This document shows positions 48,717 to 63,025 of a stretch of DNA of 64,000 nucleotides, one piece after another. Position numbers and translations under genes: made by a program. Under the pieces are notes generated by a model, which was given only the letters and a program-made list of their open reading frames with translations, was not told where the DNA came from and did not search any database. Within the stretch, counting starts at the first letter, position 1, and each line of letters opens with the position of its first letter. The DNA is taken from assembly GCF_001194135.2 (NCBI RefSeq), contig NC_068982.1, forward strand, positions 72,583,301-72,647,300. The letters run 5' to 3'. The DNA comes from Octopus bimaculoides. Taxonomy: Eukaryota.

Positions 48717-48748
<32 letters not shown>

Positions 48749-49579
48749 ATATGATGGGCTTCCATACAGTTTCTATCAACCAATTCCACTGAAAGGTAAT
48801 GGTTCCCTGAAGTTATTGTAGATGACTTACCCAGGGTACCACACAGTGAAACAGAGCTTGAAACTATGTGATAAGAAGTGGGTGCCATGGACAGTTCCTA
48901 ATGCACAGAGGTTGGTATGTAACTGCATACAGTACATACAGCTGGTAATCTTTCTGAAGAGAGAGAGCTGACAGTGAATGCAATAACTCTACACAGATTC
49001 CATGGCATCATTCCATGGTTCCCAGAGGGCTATAACCTTCAGCTTTCAACTGTTGCTTGGTTACAAGTCTAAACTGATAACAAGCCAACTTTCCACTCAT
49101 TTAACCAAGTTCAAAGAAATTTACTAATTTTTTTCTTTTTCTTTTGTGTGGGTTTTATTTTTTTAAGAGCCTTTTCATATTTTGTAGTTGAGCTTCTAAA
49201 TAGAAACTCTCAGCAAATCTTTTTCGAAAGATATTTGTATATAAAGCAGATCTATACAAACAATGTAAAGCCTCCCCCACACCAAATTAAAACAAATATT
49301 ACATAGTATAAAAGCCAATGAAAATGGTTGGTTTAATAAACTGAAATACAGCAAAAACAATCTATTAAATTTATCTAATACTTGTAGTAGCAGCTGCCAC
49401 CACCACTACCACTTCAAGTGCTTTACAAACTCATACAAGCCAAACATTTAAAACAAAAGCCTGAAGGAATCATTGCACCCAGTGACATTATCAACCACTA
49501 AATAATATTGATACTGTTAAATTCCTAGAGTCTGATAATTGGGAACAATAATAGTAATGATGATGATGATGATAATGAT

Positions 49580-49786
49580 TTCAAATTTTGGCACAAGGCC
49601 AGCAGTTTCGGGGAGGGGGTAAGTCGATTGTATCGACCCCAGTATTCAACTAGCGCTTATTTTATTGACCCCAAAAGGATGAAAAGCAAAGTCAACCTTG
49701 GCAGAATTTGAACTCAGAACCTGAGACAGACGAAATGCTGCTAAGCATTTCGTCCACTGTGCTAACGATTCTGCCAGCTTGCCACC

Positions 49787-49822
<36 letters not shown>

Positions 49823-49990
49823 GTTTCAAATTTTAGCTCAAGGCCAGCAATTTTGATACTTATTTCATTGACCCAGAAAGGTGAACGTCAAGGTCGATCT
49901 TGGTGGAATTCAGAACATGAAGACGGACTAAATGCCACTAAGCATTTTGCTTGGCATGCTAACAATCCTGCTAGTTCACTGCTTTACACC
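49580..49990 (-). mobile_element. Two tandem SINE family A copies with an (AAT)n spacer
   Basis: 'tttcaaattttggcacaaggccagcag..ttattttattgacccc..gccaccttaataataat' followed by a shorter second copy. Confidence 0.8.
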
Positions 49991-50534
49991 TTAATAGTAA
50001 TAATAGTATGCTGGTTCAACAGTTCAGTAGAAAATCATATTAAACCATTATTAGTCTTTCCATGTAAGAGCAGCAACACATATTAGAGAAACTGACAGTA
50101 GGAAAATGATGCATTACGTGTCATAATGACCTCAAATAACACTGCTAGCTTTATTTTAGGGTAACTTTCTCCTAGAGAAATGCTTTATCAGCAGCTATGA
50201 GGTGCCTCACTTTCACTGATTTTATGGCATGCTGGACATCAATCTGGATTTTCTAAGTCATTTATGTTATTGCTGGATGGTTGTTGACCCTACAGTGGGT
50301 CCACCTGTCCTTTGGCAAGTGTTGTTTCTATCCTAGTGGATCACTAGCCATGTTCTGTAACAGGTTAGCCTGGTGATGCTTCAGTTGTTGACTACCTGAT
50401 TGAGCAACAAGTTGTACTGGCTTACATGTTATCAGCAGTGCTCTTGAGCTACTTCACTCAGGCACATATACTTATGCTTCCAAAGTTTTAGGAAGTACTG
50501 TTGAGGCATCAATCTTTCTATCTGTTTTTTTTTC

Positions 50535-50920
50535 TTCTTCTTGTTTCAGTGCAGTCATGCTAGAGCATCGCCTTGAAGGATTTTAGCCAAATGAATCAAC
50601 CCTAGTAGTTGTTTTTTTTTGCTTTTTTTTTTTTGTAAAGCCTGATGCTTATTCAATTGGTCTCTTTTGCCGAACTGCTAAGTTATAGAGATGTAAACAC
50701 AACAAAGCACTGGTTGTCAAGCAGTGGTGGGGGATAGACATACTTAAAGACACACACACATACGACAAGCTTCTTTCAGTTTCCTTCTGCCAAATTCACT
50801 CACAAGGCTTTAGTCAGCCCAAGGCTATAGAAGATACTTGTACAAGGTGCCATGCAGTGAGACTGAACCTGGAACTATGTAGCTGGGAAGCAAAACTTCT
50901 TACCATACACCCATGCCTGT
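50535..50920 (-). mobile_element. CORE-SINE family B
   Basis: Colinear with 1496-1900. Confidence 0.8.
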
Positions 50921-52880
50921 GCCATGTTGACATTATTTAATAACAATATAAACAAATTAGTGACACACACACACAACTGATATAATGCTCCCAGTTGTTC
51001 TCAGCTAGATAGGACAGTCATTTTACTTTTATTTCAGGAGAAAAAGAAGTGATAGCCAAGAATTTGAAGATTTTCACATACAAATTTGTGAGATGCAAGC
51101 GGTGCTGATGTACAGTTTTCAACTTCTGTTGAGCTGCACTTGTAGCAAAAATATGGCCAGGAAGGGAATTTCAGAAATTTACAGCCCTGAAGAGAAATGA
51201 ATGATTAAGGAGAGTGTTTGGTACAGGCACTGAGGATGGGGTGGGAAACCCAGATGACTAATTCAGAGGAGTAGAGGCTTTTGTTATAGTAACCAGAAGA
51301 GACAGATTACAAATATTGATTTATTTATGTTTATTAGTGCAGGGTTTTGTGTGACACATGGTTTTACCAAAAGCTGAAGTTGTGTATATGACATGAAATA
51401 TCTTTAAGAAAATTTTGAAACCAGCCACTGGATTTATCTTCTATGTTTGCCATACACTTATTCCATTCTCTGTTATACTTGCTATAGTTTATCTGAACTC
51501 TTTCGAAGCTGCTATAGTTATCTATATGGTCATTTCTATTCTTTTTCCTTGAATTCCAAGACTCAAAGTCAGTTACCCAGTTTTCATGACATGTAAGTGA
51601 CCAAGACCACAGCGTTTTCCCTGAAAAGATGCCTGTCCATATGCAAGATTCAAGGCCAGAAAGTTTTGAAGGGAGGGGCAAATTGATTACATCTACCCCA
51701 GTAATTAACTGGTACTTTATTTCATCAAACCTGAAGGGATGAAAGGCAAAATTGACCTTGGATATACTGCCATTGCTAGGTCCTATTCTACAATGCTTAC
51801 CAAATTGGTTTAATGAATAACTACAGAATATTCGTTTCCTTCAGTTGATATAGGAAATATAGTAAATAATTGAATTTGGCAAAGGCTATTGAGGTACTTG
51901 CATCTAGGTCACAAGTTCATATCTGGCTACAAGCATTGATTTGTGCTCATAGACAAAGACATAGGATTTCTTGCCACAGTGAAACTAGCTGAAAATATTT
52001 ACCATTTTCATTTCATGGTTGAATGAGTAGCGTTAGAAAGGACATCCAACCATGAAATGCCTGCTTCAGCAATTCGTGTAAATATTCAAATTTGGAAAAC
52101 CATCCGTTCAATGCTACCATGGAAAAATTGATGCTGAAGTGTATTGGTATATCTAGGCATGTATGTGTGTGTGAGTGTGTGTGTGTATTAGAGAGAAAGA
52201 GAATATATATATGTGTTTGTGTGTGTGTCTGAGTATCTCTGAGTATGTATTGCCCTGAATTATTCAATACTATTCATTTATTCACCACTAATCAATTCCT
52301 CTCCAAAAATGGGAAGAATAAGTTGTATATTCCATATCACTTAAATATTCGTCTCTCATTTTTGCTATCATTACACAATGTTAATAATAATGACAATAAT
52401 AATAATAATAATAATATGTTCACAGGAATCTAGAAATCCTTTATAAAAAAATCAGAGACCAATTTGCCAATGATATATTTGTGCTACATAAATATGGAAT
52501 CACTAAAAAGAATAAAAAACAAAGTAACAAAGTAACATGATTAATAAGAAATTATAGAACCCAATCCATTTCCATGTTATTTGCCTCAGTAAAACTTGTG
52601 GTTAGAATTGAAATCAAGTTAGAAGCTCTTATTAAATCACCAGCATTCTAGGATGGTGGTCTAATAGGCTCCAGCCTTGTGAGTCCTAGGGCTTGTGGCG
52701 AACTTAGGTCTGTTGAAATCAATGGGAGAGTCCATTATATATAAATATATATTGTTACTTTTTTAACGTTTAGTGTTCTATGGTTACATGAATGAAATTT
52801 GTTGAAGCAGATTTTCTATTGCTGGATGTCCGTTCTGTTACCAACCCTCACCAGTTACCAGGCAGGGTAATAATCTAGTC

Positions 52881-53211
52881 CAGTGGTTTTCAACTGGGGT
52901 CCATATTGTCCTTGAGGGTCCATATAAAATTTGTTGTTAAAATTCATGTGCAATAGACTGGTTATATTTCTACAATGCACAAAATATTTAAACCTCCTTT
53001 TTAAACCCTTCCTAGTAAGATCATCATCATTATCATTTAATGTCTGTCCTCCATGCTGGCATGGGTTGGATAGTTTGGCAGGAGCTGACCAGCTGTTCAG
53101 GCTCTATGTCTGTTTTGGCATGATTTCTACAGCTGGATGCCCTTCCTGACACCAGCCACTTTAAAATAGGAATCAAAGCAGTCCATAGGCAAAAATGGTG
53201 AGGAACCACTG
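52881..53211. mobile_element. hAT-type MITE with 8-bp TSD, interrupted by a family D fragment
   Basis: Ends cagtggttttcaac and gaggaaccactg. Flanks atctagtc (52873-52880) and atccagtc (53212-53219) match at 7 of 8. The family D piece is at about 53020-53160. Confidence 0.8.
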
Positions 53212-53600
53212 ATCCAGTCTATCAATCAATGAACAACCCACACATAGTAACACAGTGAACAGGAAATAAACGACATTGCTTGTATTGATAACAAGGTCAT
53301 TGTTTGTTTACATTTAGCAAGGGTAATGATGAACACACACACACAAGTATGACAGGCTTCTTCAATTTCTGTCTACCAATATCACTCATGACTTTCTACT
53401 CTTCTACAACCCTTTCTCCATCTTGATCCCACCATCAGTTCCTATTCTAGATTCTCTACTCACTCATTCATTGTGACTCAGTACATTTCATGACCTGTGG
53501 TTGTATTATAGAACATTAACCAACAATGTTCATAGAGTGGAACTAAACTCCTAACCAGGTGATTCTAAAGCAAACTTTTTAACCACAGTGATACCTGTGC

Positions 53601-53642
<42 letters not shown>

Positions 53643-54214
53643 GACTAACCAAAATGATTCCAATATGTTAAGTCACCTTCCAAGCTCTGACTTGACTGAA
53701 AATGTTTTATTAAAACAAAGTTATAAGAACGGAGTTTATCATAGTATTACAGTCAATGTTTGCATAAGCATTCTTTGTGTATGATAAATTCACCATGATG
53801 TGTTCTAAATGCTGATTGACTGCTTCAGTGCACATTTAATACATACATACATGTATATTTTTAAATGTATATAATCATTGTTTTAACGTCAACTTTTTCA
53901 TGCTTGCTGGGGTTAAATGAGAGTGTTATGGGAGAGTTTCTATAGCTGGATACTTTTTCTGTCATCAATCTCCTCATTTCTCGCAGTTTTTCAAACATCA
54001 AACTGTTTAGGCATGTTATGTGCAGAGAGCTGGAAACAAAGAACACTGCCTGAATGAGCCCTTTGTTTACAAAGACTGAGCAACATATCAAGACATATCA
54101 GGAAGCGCAGACATGCTTTCATGGTAGACTGCAGGCAGATGACACTGACAGGAAAGCCATTATCAATAAATAAGTGAAAGCAAGGAAAGACAAATGTGCA
54201 CACACATGCCCATC

Positions 54215-54614
54215 TTTATGATGGGCTTCTTTCAGTTTCTGTCTATCAAATCCATTCACAAAGCTTTAGCTGACCTGGTGCTATAATAGGTGACACTTGC
54301 CCGAGGTTCCACAAAGTAGGGCTGAACCCCAAACCACATGGTTGGGAAGTAAACTTCTTAACCACACAGCTATGCTTGTGTCTATATATATGAGGAGATG
54401 TGATATTGTGCATTGAGAATTTGTCCCCTGGGCTAGACCATCAATTGAGAGTTCTACTGCAACATTTTGAAGCATTTGAAGGAGGTTCAGTCCCTCTGCA
54501 TGGCACTTTGGGCAAGTGTCTTTTACTATAAGCTTGAGGCCGACCAAAGTCTTGTTAGTGGATTTGGTAGATGGAAGCTGAAAGAATCCTGTCGTATATA
54601 TACATATATATATA
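54215..54614. mobile_element. Divergent pair of SINE family B 5' halves
   Basis: Minus copy at about 54215-54385 and plus copy at about 54480-54614, the latter running into the gap. Confidence 0.7.
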
Positions 54615-55152
54615 NNNNNNNNNNNNNNNNNNNNNNNNNNNNNNNNNNNNNNNNNNNNNNNNNNNNNNNNNNNNNNNNNNNNNNNNNNNNNNNNNNNNNN
54701 NNNNNNNNNNNNNNNNNNNNNNNNNNNNNNNNNNNNNNNNNNNNNNNNNNNNNNNNNNNNNNNNNNNNNNNNNNNNNNNNNNNNNNNNNNNNNNNNNNNN
54801 NNNNNNNNNNNNNNNNNNNNNNNNNNNNNNNNNNNNNNNNNNNNNNNNNNNNNNNNNNNNNNNNNNNNNNNNNNNNNNNNNNNNNNNNNNNNNNNNNNNN
54901 NNNNNNNNNNNNNNNNNNNNNNNNNNNNNNNNNNNNNNNNNNNNNNNNNNNNNNNNNNNNNNNNNNNNNNNNNNNNNNNNNNNNNNNNNNNNNNNNNNNN
55001 NNNNNNNNNNNNNNNNNNNNNNNNNNNNNNNNNNNNNNNNNNNNNNNNNNNNNNNNNNNNNNNNNNNNNNNNNNNNNNNNNNNNNNNNNNNNNNNNNNNN
55101 NNNNNNNNNNNNNNNNNNNNNNNNNNNNNNNNNNNNNNNNNNNNNNNNNNNN

Positions 55153-55192
<40 letters not shown>

Positions 55193-56084
55193 TTAATGAC
55201 CATTCTACTTGTTTCTTTAGAGCTTCTGTTACTTTTGGTTTCTACAAAACTAACATCATGCATAAGTCTTGCGATTCTTTGTCCCGGGAATCTTGGAATC
55301 TTTTTATCGAGGAAAATTAAATGTTTGCATGTCTGAATGGATTTTCACAGTCTAGTCTTTCTATAATGACTCACTGATATCAAGACACCTCCTTGCACAC
55401 TTCTATCATCTTTATATGAAAGTCATCAATTTTTTTTGCGTTTGTTTTGAAAATCTTTTTGCTTCTTCACAGTGGTTAATTAAATGGATCATGAAAGGAT
55501 TAAGAAGACCCATAATTCTACTAAGATGCACACCTCTCTCCTGTGACAATGCAACAACAATAATAATACAATGGAACAATCTCCTGGTTTGTGTTGAAAT
55601 CTGCATAAACTCCTGAATTAAAATGTGAGAGTCCTTTGATATATATATATATATATATACACATACATATACATACACACCTTTTGTGCATACATGAATG
55701 ATGTGTCAGTTCAGCCATATAGCTAACAGTAATTTTAATTCTTTTAATTAATGTTGTGTGTGTGTGTGTGAGAGAGTGAGAGAGAGAAAGAGAGAGTGAG
55801 ATAGAGAGAAAGCGTAAACACATATCTACCTTTCTCACCATCATCATTATCATCCTTGTTTCAATATCCATTTTCCATGTTGCAGGGACTGGACGAAATT
55901 TAGAAAGACAGATTTTCTTTAGACTTTTCAGTCACCTCTCTCACCTCCTCCTCAGAATATTGGAAATAAATGACATTGCTTGCATGATAGCGACACAAAT
56001 TGGCAAAAGTCAATTTCTTTGACTGATATTACTGTTATTACTTTTGTCTCCTGGTGAGCTTGAAATGATTGGGTCCTTTTAAAA

Positions 56085-56320
56085 AGGTCACAAGCTAGCA
56101 GAGCTGTTAGCATGCCAGGCAAAATGCTTAGCAGCATTTCATCTGTCTTTATATTCTGAGTTCAAGATCCCACCAAAGTCAACTTTGTCTTTCATCCTTT
56201 CAGGATTGAGAAAATAAGTACCAGTTGAGTACTGGGGTAGGGGTGGGGGGTGGGGGTCAATGCAATCTACTTACCCACTACCCTGAAATTGCTGGCCTTG
56301 TGTCAAAAATTTGTAATTGA
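56085..56320 (+). mobile_element. SINE family A
   Basis: 'gctagcagagctgttagcatgccaggcaaaatgcttagcagcatttcatc..gaaattgctggccttgtgtcaaaaatttg'. Confidence 0.8.
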
Positions 56321-56347
56321 TATTACTTGTTATTACTATGACTAGAG

Positions 56348-56621
56348 CAGGGGTTTTCAAACTGTGGTCCGCAAGGACAAGACAGGGGGTCCGTAGACAG
56401 CAAGTACTTTTTATGGGCAATTTGATTTTATATATGTTTTTTAATCGAAATCTTTTAATTGACAAACCTATTTGTTAAATACTGTTAAATAAATAAATGT
56501 AAAAATATGTTATTTTAAGCAAATATTTATGTATAAATTTCATAAGCGTTTATAAGGGGGTCCCTAAGGTAAAGCCTGAAATATAAAGGGGTCCGCAAGT
56601 CAAAAAGTTTGAAAACCCCTG
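56348..56621. mobile_element. hAT-type MITE with a perfect 8-bp TSD
   Basis: TIRs caggggttttcaaact and agtttgaaaacccctg. The TSD gactagag is at 56340-56347 and 56622-56629. Confidence 0.93.
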
Positions 56622-58079
56622 GACTAGAGTATTACTCATCATATAATGGGTAACTTTGGAAGTATACCTCTGCCACTGTGAGTAATATGAGTAAATATGG
56701 CTTACATCTAATAAATATAATTTCACTTTTATCAAATTTTTTGGTGTGTATACAAAATAATGGAATAAATTCTAAGAAAAATAATTTATTAACTTAAAAA
56801 TAAAATTAAATAAAATCAAGCAATAATGTACATATTCATTGTTAATATATTCTGGTATATTTGAACTTGAATATGCTTATTACTGTTGTATTTTTCATAA
56901 GAAGGACGACTCTTTATTTCTCATTTGTACAACTCCTGTAATTACTCTGTCATTTATTCTTTCTGTTCCTCCTCCTCCTCCTATATATGTCTTTCCCTTT
57001 CATTCTGTATGTGTATTTCTTTTACTTCTATGCCAATAAACAGAGTATGTGCACTCATCCTGCACCTCCTGTGTGAATTCTCTATGTATCTCTCTTTTAC
57101 TCTCTCAGCCTCTCCCCTTCTCTCTATCCCATGTAAAGTGTGACAGAGAAAGCAAGCAAGCAACATTTATATTGGCTATTATTATGTAGAGATATTAACT
57201 ATTTTATACATTGAATACTTTTACGCGTGTCTGTAGAAACACACACACACATACACAGTGAAACTAAATTGTATTTCATTGAGGAAAAAGTAAACCTTAT
57301 TATAAGATACAATCTCATTAGATCATATTATTATGAGAAATAATTATATTTCTATTCAGAAATTTAACTTTCAAATTGCCAGAAACTGATTTGCTTACAA
57401 CTTCTATTTTTATCTCAGCAGAATCATTAAATTGCCAAAATTCATAAAACATTACATATTTTTGCATACTTTTTCTTTCTTTATTTCTCTCTACTTTTCT
57501 GTTTCTTTCTTTCTTTCTTTCTAATTTTTTCCCCCTTCTCACCAATAAAGTTCCTTAGGAACTGTTTGTATTTCAAGAAATAGTTATTGTAACAACAGAC
57601 TGAGATTCTACACTTTAAAACAATGTGTAATTAAAAGTGATTAACCATAACTCACAAAATAAGGTTAATAGTCTGATTCATTATTACTTGCATAATATCC
57701 AATTAATTATTTCTTGCATAATTGACAACAACAATGGCAACAACAACATTAATAATAAAACTTGAATACAGTTGAATACATTCATTACCATGTGTGTGTG
57801 TGTGTGTGGTGGGGGAGTGTTAATTAATACCATATTGGTAATGTCAATGGAATTTAAACTGATATCCATCTTGACCAAGCCAGGCATCTAAAGTTTGTAT
57901 AAATCATAAGTTTTGCTTCAAGCTTCAATCAACTGATATTACAAGTTTTGCTGATTAAATTTACTCTAGGCCTCCTTCATTAAAGTGTCGCATTGCTGTT
58001 CACAAAGATCATAATTTGGAACTTTGTTTTCAGCCATTTAATTTATAATTCTAAGTAAGGTGCACTACAGCATTCTAGT

Positions 58080-58497
58080 GGACTTTGTGAAGGGTGTCCA
58101 GCCATAGAAACTATGCCAACACAAATACTGTTGGATCCTGTCAAACTGTCCAACCAATGCCAGCATGACATATGGATGTTAAATGACGAATACTAGTAGC
58201 ACCAGTGTTGTTTCATGTCTGGTAGGAAGTGGTAAAAATTCATGTTCCCACAAGCCTAATATAATCTTCAAATTTGCAGCGACNNNNNNNNNNGGACTTT
58301 GTGAAGGGTGTCCAGCCATAGAAACTATGCCAACACAAATACTGTTGGATCCTGTCAAACTGTCCAACCAATGCCAGCATGACATATGGATGTTAAATGA
58401 CGAATACTAGTAGCACCAGTGTTGTTTCATGTCTGGTAGGAAGTGGTAAAAATTCATGTTCCCACAAGCCTAATATAATCTTCAAATTTGCAGCGAC
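58080..58497. other. 204-bp identical duplication across a 10-N gap (probable assembly artefact)
   Basis: 58080-58283 equals 58294-58497, separated only by Ns at 58284-58293. Confidence 0.85.
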
Positions 58498-60809
58498 CAA
58501 TCCACATATGCCAATCTATAGAAAATGAAACTAAAAGAGTAAATACAGAAGCATGCACTAATGCACATGCGTATGTGCAAGTTTTATCTGTATGGCTCAG
58601 CTAATTCTTGACCATTAGCTACATACATGACTCTCTATTAACAGGTGATTTTCTTTTAATTAAATAAATAGATCAGATAGTGATTGATCTCTGGAGATAC
58701 TGTGATGTGAACAGCAGGGTTTAAACACTGGACTAAAATCAACATCCATCCATCCATCCAAAAAAGTTACCACCCACCAATCAAAAAACCCCAACCAAGT
58801 TGGCTTTTAGCTACTCATTCCATACTAGTTTACTTATGAAACAGAATCATTAAGCCAAGAGGGTTAGATAAATTCTATTTCACCATACTAAACTAAAAAT
58901 AGTAAAACTAATTTCTATCTAATATAAGACCAATTACTATAGTAAACTAAGACTAGTTCCAATCTAATTACAGTAAACTTAGACTAGCGTCTGTTTAAAG
59001 AACAGTCCAATGCTTTCTTTGCTGAAGAGGTTGATGTATAATAAATCAGATTAAATGAAGCACCCCCTTCCATCATTCACTCAATCACATTTGCTGATGT
59101 AGAGACACTGAAGGATGTAAAAAGTAGTGAGTGGTGTTAATTATTCTCCAAGAAGCAATCTAATCTCCCATGAATACACTATAATTGATTAACAGCCAGG
59201 AGTCAAGTTAGTTTGATTAGAGGAGCAAGTAAAGATGTGGAACAATAGAGATTAGAGTGAAAGGGGGGGTGATGGTTAGATGTTTGAAGGTGTGGAGAGG
59301 ATGAGTGGGGAGGGCTGCAGGAGATAGAGAGATAGACAGATAGGTAGACAAATAAAAAGACAGACAGATAGAGAAATAGATACAAAGGTAGATAGAGAGA
59401 TAGACAGACAAATAGATAAAGACATAGACAGACAGTAAGGAATTAAGCCACAGCTCACCTGCCGCTCCAAAAAAAAAACAAAAAAAAAAAAACGAGTCTG
59501 CAATTAATTAGATTTCTAGTTGTAGATTTTTCATATCTCTTGCTCTGTTGACATTCTTGTGAAAAATACGTATGTTACAAAATCTCTTTCTACTCCTCCT
59601 CAAGTTGAGAAGGATATTCATGTTAATGAACAATATCATTTGGGCCGACCAACTTCTCGAAGGAATTTGGTAGTCAGAAACCATTGTGCAGCAGAGTGTG
59701 TGTGTGTGTGTGCATGCGTGCGTGTGTGTGTGTACTGGTTTTAATTTATTAAGACAAGTGAAGTGAGGCTATAGATGTGTATATGTGTTTAAAACTGCGT
59801 ATGTATGTGTATACATATAAGTTCTGGAGAACAATAGCCAAGTGAATTCTATACAACAGCAATAAGATAATAACCTAGTAGGTACTAGTTTTAACTTTAG
59901 CCACAATGCATTGTAAGCACTAAAGTGATTGGTACCAGAAATATATTACAGATTGAAGAACATCCATATACATGGTTTTGGCACATGTATAATTCTCTTT
60001 CTTTCAAACACACACACACACACAGCATCCAGGAGGAAAAGGCTGTCTACCTGGAAATTTTTCTTTCTATTCTAGGGTTACAACACAATCACAACAGAAA
60101 ATCAAATCACTACCACTGCTACAGCTGCAGCCACTACTGCCACCACCACCACCAGCAATACCAACAAAGTGCAGAAAAGAAGCAAATAATGGAAGCTTCC
60201 AGCAAAACAATTCTCTCTAGGTGCTTCAGGAGAGAGCAAGTCCTTGCACATACCATGCAGATCTATATTCAGGGTAGCTACATAGAAAACTAACAATGGA
60301 AACAAACTGAGAACATTTGCCAGTAACCATAGCTTTGCAAGCAGTGAAAAACAAAACAATAAACCCATTAAGGATGGAATCAGATGAAAGAGAAAGAAAG
60401 AAGGAGAGAGAGAAGGAAGACAGAGAGAGAGAATCCTAATTAATTCATTCTATATTTTCCATGTATCAACAAACAGTTGCCATTTACTGATTGACATCAT
60501 ACACCAGCAACTCTTACATACATGTAGAATTGCTCATTTACTTGTTTCATTCATTGATCTATGGCAATGCTGGAGCACAGCCTTGGGTTGAGTTAGTCAA
60601 CTGAATTGATCTTAGTCCTTATTTTACTCCAAAGAGATTGACTTCTACTGAGCTGCCAAGTGATGGGGATATAAATAAACCAACACCATTTATCAAGCAG
60701 AAGGAGACAAACAAACCTATGTGTGTATCTTTGTGTGTATATACAAGTATATAACAAATATACAGGTTTGATGGAACAAACAGGAGAAATAGAACTCAAT
60801 ACACATGTA

Positions 60810-61260
60810 TCATCATTATCATTTAATGTCTGCTTTTGATGCTAGCATGGGTTGGACGATTTGACTGGGGAACTGGCGAAGCGGATGGCTACACCAGACT
60901 CCAATCTGATCAGGCAGAGTTTCTACAGCTGGATGCCCTTCCTAATGCCAACCATTCGGAGAGTGTAGTGGGTGCTTTTTTGTGCCACTGGCATGGGGGC
61001 CAGTCTGGTGGTACTGGCAACGGCCACGCTCAAATGGTGTTTTTTACGTGCCACCTGCACAGGAGTCAGTCCAATGTTTTGTCCACCAGCCACTGGCACA
61101 AGTGCCAGTAAGGCGAAGCTGGAAACGATCGCGCTCAAATGGTGCTTTTTACGTCCCACCGGCACGGGAGCAAGACTTCTGCTCTGGCAGTGATCCCACT
61201 CGGATGGTGCTGTTAGCACTCCACTGGCAAGAGTGCCAGTCATCAAATTTGGTTCAGTTT
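60810..61260 (-). mobile_element. Long variant of SINE-like family D with internal tandem units
   Basis: Same head and 'tttt.cgtgccac..gca' units as 38545-39045, about 4 units. Confidence 0.85.
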
Positions 61261-61306
61261 CGATCTCTGTATGTGTGTGTGTGTGCGTGTGTGTATATAT
61301 ATATAG

Positions 61307-61348
<42 letters not shown>

Positions 61349-62655
61349 ACACACACAGATATTAAAAATAATTTTATTTGAGTGTTAATTCTGGATCTTA
61401 TCCTGTTAAGCATAATTCTGAAGAGTTGAATTTTGATATGTGCTAATAATACCTCATGATGTATACTTGCATATGTAAATGCATAATATAACAATATTCA
61501 TGAGATAAAATTTAGATGGAACAATTGTAAATGAATGTAATAAAAGGAGTTGCTCATGCCATTCTTCTTGTTTTATAAATATATATATACATATACTAGC
61601 ATGCCTGCGTTATCAAAAATGCCAACAATTTTAATGATAGAAAATGGTGCACCAAAACAATGGGAGAAACCATTAATAAATGTCAGCAATCAAGTACATA
61701 TATGTAAGTATACAGAAGTTGTTGTAGCAGGTTTTCTGTGGCTGGATGCCCTTCTTATTGCCAACTCTCACCCACTTCCAAGCAAAGCAATATTTCCCCT
61801 TGGCCAGAGATGCTTTTCACAGAAGAGTGGAAATGAACAACATCACTTGTACAACAGTGATGCTTGTTTATGACCATCCATATTGTCAAGACAATAGAAC
61901 ACACACACACACACACATGTATATATACATATCTAATGGGCTTCTTTCAGTTTCCACCTACCAAATCTACCTACAAGCCTTTGATTGACTCAGGGCTTTA
62001 GTAGAAGGCACTTGCCCAAGATGTTGCACGGTGGGACTGAACTGAAAACCACAAGATTGGGAAGGAAGCTTCTTAACCACAACATCAATATCTGCACCAA
62101 TGCAAACTAAATGAAAAAAAAATAATATTCTTTTTTTTTTTATTAAAACTTCTACACAAAATATGTTTCACTAACCATACCCCAAATTAAATAAACTTAG
62201 CAGCAAAGACTTCCTCTAGCAACTATTAATAGTGAGAAGAAGAGGGCTAATGATATTCCACATCACTAATGTCAAGATAATATCTGATGATTTCTCAGCA
62301 GATAACCAATATTCTGGGTATTTGAATAAGTGCGACTCTCAGAGATCCTCAGACAACATCAACTAAGACAAGAGATAATTAAAATAGATAGAGGAATATG
62401 TCATCTGATGTATTCGTCATGTTCCTGCATTTTGTTATAGGAGAAGACATAAGATCTATTTTTATAAACATGAATACTAAAAGGTATAGATAAGCTACTT
62501 TGAGAAGCTGTGTCTGTAACCCAGTAGACAAATAAAAGTTTCCTGGGTTAATTCTATTTGAGTATACCAGAGATGACTATTTGATGAATTTGTAGAATTG
62601 ATGTACCAGTCAAGGTTAAATGTCTATACTGTAGGCATGTTGCCCTAAGATTTTG

Positions 62656-63025
62656 TTAACCTTTTTGGCACCAGCCCACCTAAGACCACCCCTGGGTTTA
62701 TGATACAGATTTCCTGTTTTAATGTGATGTAAAACCTAAAATCAAAAATTCATGTTGCTTCAAACACCAGCTTATTAATGGCAATTAACTGAGTAAATTT
62801 TTTATTATTTTCAAAATTAATTAAAAGAAAGACAGATTATTTCAACAAAAATATGGTATCAAAAGGGTTAAAGTTATCCAAATTAAAATCTTCCATCAAC
62901 ATTCCATGTTTATGTTGCAAAACACGAACTTAATAAGGGCAATTAGCTGACTAAAATTTTTATTATTTTCAAAATTAAAAGAGAGGCAAATTATTTCAAC
63001 AGAAACATAATAACAAAAAGGTTAA
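62656..63025. mobile_element. TTAA-type MITE family P2 with a tandem duplication of its 3' two-thirds
   Basis: ttaacctttt..aaaagggttaa (62656-62871), then 62872-63025 repeats 'taatggcaatta.ctga.taaa.ttttattattttcaaaattaa..ttatttcaaca.aaa.at..ta.caaaa.ggttaa'. Confidence 0.8.

Noticed and set aside
54467-55336. Long ORFs of 245-289 aa (also 30241-30939 and 7394-7720)
   Set aside because: They are open only because they run through N gaps.
58080-58497. Perfect 204-bp tandem duplication
   Set aside because: The two identical copies are separated only by a 10-N gap, which is typical of unmerged overlapping contig ends.
60074-60290. Acceptor followed by an open Thr/Ala- or His/Gln-rich frame
   Set aside because: The sequence is dominated by (CAC)/(CAG)/(TAC) triplet low complexity, all frames stop within about 75 codons, and there is no donor or homology.
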